Shown here piece by piece: positions 62,101 through 64,000 of a DNA stretch of 64,000 nt. The notes under the pieces were generated by a model that did no database searches, was not told where the DNA came from, and was given only the letters and a program-made list of their open reading frames with translations. The stretch is taken from contig NC_134025.1 in the NCBI RefSeq assembly GCF_964204645.1, positions 5,766,001-5,830,000 of the forward strand, in the 5' to 3' direction. Each line of letters opens with the position of its first letter. Within the stretch, counting starts at the first letter, position 1. The position numbers and the translations under genes are program-made. Origin of the DNA: Tubulanus polymorphus (lineage: Eukaryota > Animalia > Nemertea).

Positions 62101-63980
62101 CAATAAATCAATGATCCTACCTGGCGCGCATGGTCCAGAAGGCCAATTGAGACCATCTCGTTCACAGTATTGTCCCGGTGGGCAACCAATACAGTCATTC
62201 AGGTTGCGACCCATAGTGGCGTTGAGGTACGTCCCAGCTGGACATGGATACTGATAGGCACTCTGAGTGGCTTCAGGACAGTAATAACCTCCTGGGCAGG
62301 GGAAATCAATATATGATGACAACCCTAAATAATAGAATGTTTGGTTCAACCTTGTGTTTCGAAGCAATTCAATAACAAACAAAATAAGTTATGAATCTAA
62401 GACATTAATCATAAACATGAACATAATTATAAATGACACCATGAACTCAAAAAACAATGTTGAATAGTAACATAAACATGGAGATCAGTGACCAAACAAT
62501 CTAATGATCATTATTTACTGAAATAATCAATACTTACAATATGAAGTTCCTTTTATTAGTTAAATGAGAAATTATCAGGGAAGATAAGACATTTATCTTT
62601 CATATTGGTTAAATGATTAACTATTAACAGGGGAATGAAAGACAACTCACCGGTGGGACAATAATAGCCAGCTGGACATGGATGACACTGAGATAGACCA
62701 GTTTCATTGCTGAAACTACCGGCACCACACTGAATCGGAACCGTGGATCCAACTGGACAGTAGTGTCCTTCTGGACATGTTCCTCCTTTACCAGTCTGTC
62801 CTCCTTAAAGTGGAAAATTGAAACATAACCCACAGGTAATCATTGATGATTGAATTATTTATTGTCATGCAAATTCATTAAATTGAGACGAACCTGATGT
62901 GTCACATGATCCATTACCAGTTGGTTTCATTCTATCTATACCATAGTTACAGTAATGTCCTGCAGCACAGAGTCCTTTAGGATTAACCAATCCATCAACA
63001 TCGCAGTAATGACCACCAGGGCATGGAGAACATTGTGATGAATCAGCAAGCCCAGTTATATTGTTATGTGTCCCTCGAGGACATGGCTGCCAATTGATAC
63101 CAGTACCATCAGGACAATAGTGACCTTCTGGACATTCTTGAACCAATGTGCCAAGAATACAGTACCTGATTGTATGACAAAACCAAATCATTGTTGATAG
63201 CAGAAATACATATGAACGTTTTACCATATGATCCCAAAATATTGATGTGGCTTACCATCCAGCTGGGCATATGTAGCATGAAGAACCCATTGTATGATTC
63301 ATGTAAGTACCATTAGCGCATGGTACTGGCTGTGGAGAGTTGATCGGGCAATAATGTCCCTCTATACAGGGAAAATCAGCAGGTTGGGATGTATTCTGAC
63401 CTCCCGGACAATAGAAACCAGCAGCACATGGTCCAGATGTTTGATTTAAACCTTCATGACCACAATAATCGCCTGGTGTACATTGTGTACATTGCTCACT
63501 GCTATTCAATCCATGATAAGGATTGAATGATCCCTAAAATTGCATAAACATTGCAATGAACTTTGAAACATCCAACAAAGATTTGTACTGTACAAGCTTA
63601 AAAAATATTCTCTTAATTTCTAACATGCCATATACCTGAGGACAGCGTTCAGGAAAAGCACTCTGAATGGGGCAATAACTCCCTGGTGGACAAATAGCAT
63701 TTCTCCTAGATTTGGATCCTACGCTGCAAAAATATCCCGCATAACAGAGTCCTAAAAAGAAAAGAAAAGCTTAACGAACCCTGAACTTAAGCAAAACCAA
63801 ACTTAAGAAATCTGTTGTTAGTTTTACCTTCATTATCAAGAAGTCCAGACTGTTCGCAGTACTTTCCAGCTTCACAAGGAGTACATTCAGATTGATTTCT
63901 CAATCCTTCCCGGCCACCATATGTTCCTGGTGGGCATCCTACTGGCTCTGTGGTACCCTCCACACAATAAGATCCTAGAT
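38116..63980 (-). CDS. Giant type I membrane protein: GCC2/GCC3 (ephrin-receptor-like) cysteine repeats + TM + coiled-coil cytoplasmic tail; 5' end outside window
   Basis: Dozens of short-intron exons on the - strand with GT-AG boundaries (checked mainly for 38-49 kb and sampled upstream). The stop TAA is at 38118-38116. CPxGxYCPxG repeats run from about 48.4 kb to the window end. A hydrophobic helix lies at 47487-47331, and the largest cytoplasmic exon is 42993-44717. Confidence 0.85.
39940..44520 (-). other. Extended E/K/Q/R-rich coiled-coil region of the giant protein
   Basis: Heptad-like charged helices, e.g. LEKQKENQLIALRQKLLDRRRQKK and KDALLAKLAAKKRMREE. Confidence 0.75.
47331..47487 (-). 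other. Single transmembrane helix (split by intron 47340-47421)
   Basis: WEMIAVLLMAFVLVIILIIIIL|VLF is followed by RR (positive-inside), so the C-terminus is cytoplasmic. Confidence 0.85.
48400..63980 (-). repeat. Protein-level tandem Cys-rich repeats (CPxGxYCP / CxxGTY / CxxCxxGxYC)
   Basis: Examples: CPTGHYCPRGTDYPIPCASGKYQ, CPSGYYCPLQT..PCPPGTFNN, CTPGMYCEG..PTAPCTAGWYC. N-x-S/T sequons are numerous. Confidence 0.9.
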
Positions 63981-64000
63981 AATCAAATCAACATTGTAAC

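Noticed and set aside
48400-63980. Calling the cysteine-repeat gene an Eph receptor, laminin, furin or SVEP1/SCUBE
   Set aside because: No kinase, laminin, peptidase S8, CUB or sushi domains are visible in the window. Only the shared repeat type is present, so no gene symbol is given.

Overview
AT-rich eukaryotic (invertebrate metazoan-type) genomic DNA with many short GT-AG introns; no prokaryotic features. It holds three protein-coding genes. (1) A + strand supervillin (SVIL) gene, 5'-truncated by the window edge and ending at 30107. It has a long disordered N-terminus carrying an array of SILK-type motifs, gelsolin repeats and a villin headpiece. It also has a probable alternative ~3.3-kb coding exon (14524-17850) that shares its last 130 nt with the main isoform. 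(2) A small two-exon, single-C2H2 zinc-finger gene (33303-34283) that resembles a fungal 'KHxWEH...EAA' family. (3) A giant - strand single-pass membrane protein gene (>64000 to 38116). It has a huge GCC2/GCC3 (ephrin-receptor-like) cysteine-repeat ectodomain, an RRRLL motif, a TM helix, DPxTG repeats, long coiled coils and a C-terminal HxxxH zincin-like domain. The first supervillin intron holds a very young Penelope-like insertion: a perfect 350-bp inverted repeat with a 13-bp target-site duplication, each arm carrying a minimal hammerhead ribozyme motif. A Harbinger/Tourist-type MITE and a tRNA-derived SINE remnant are also present. All family assignments come from manual motif recognition, not database searches.
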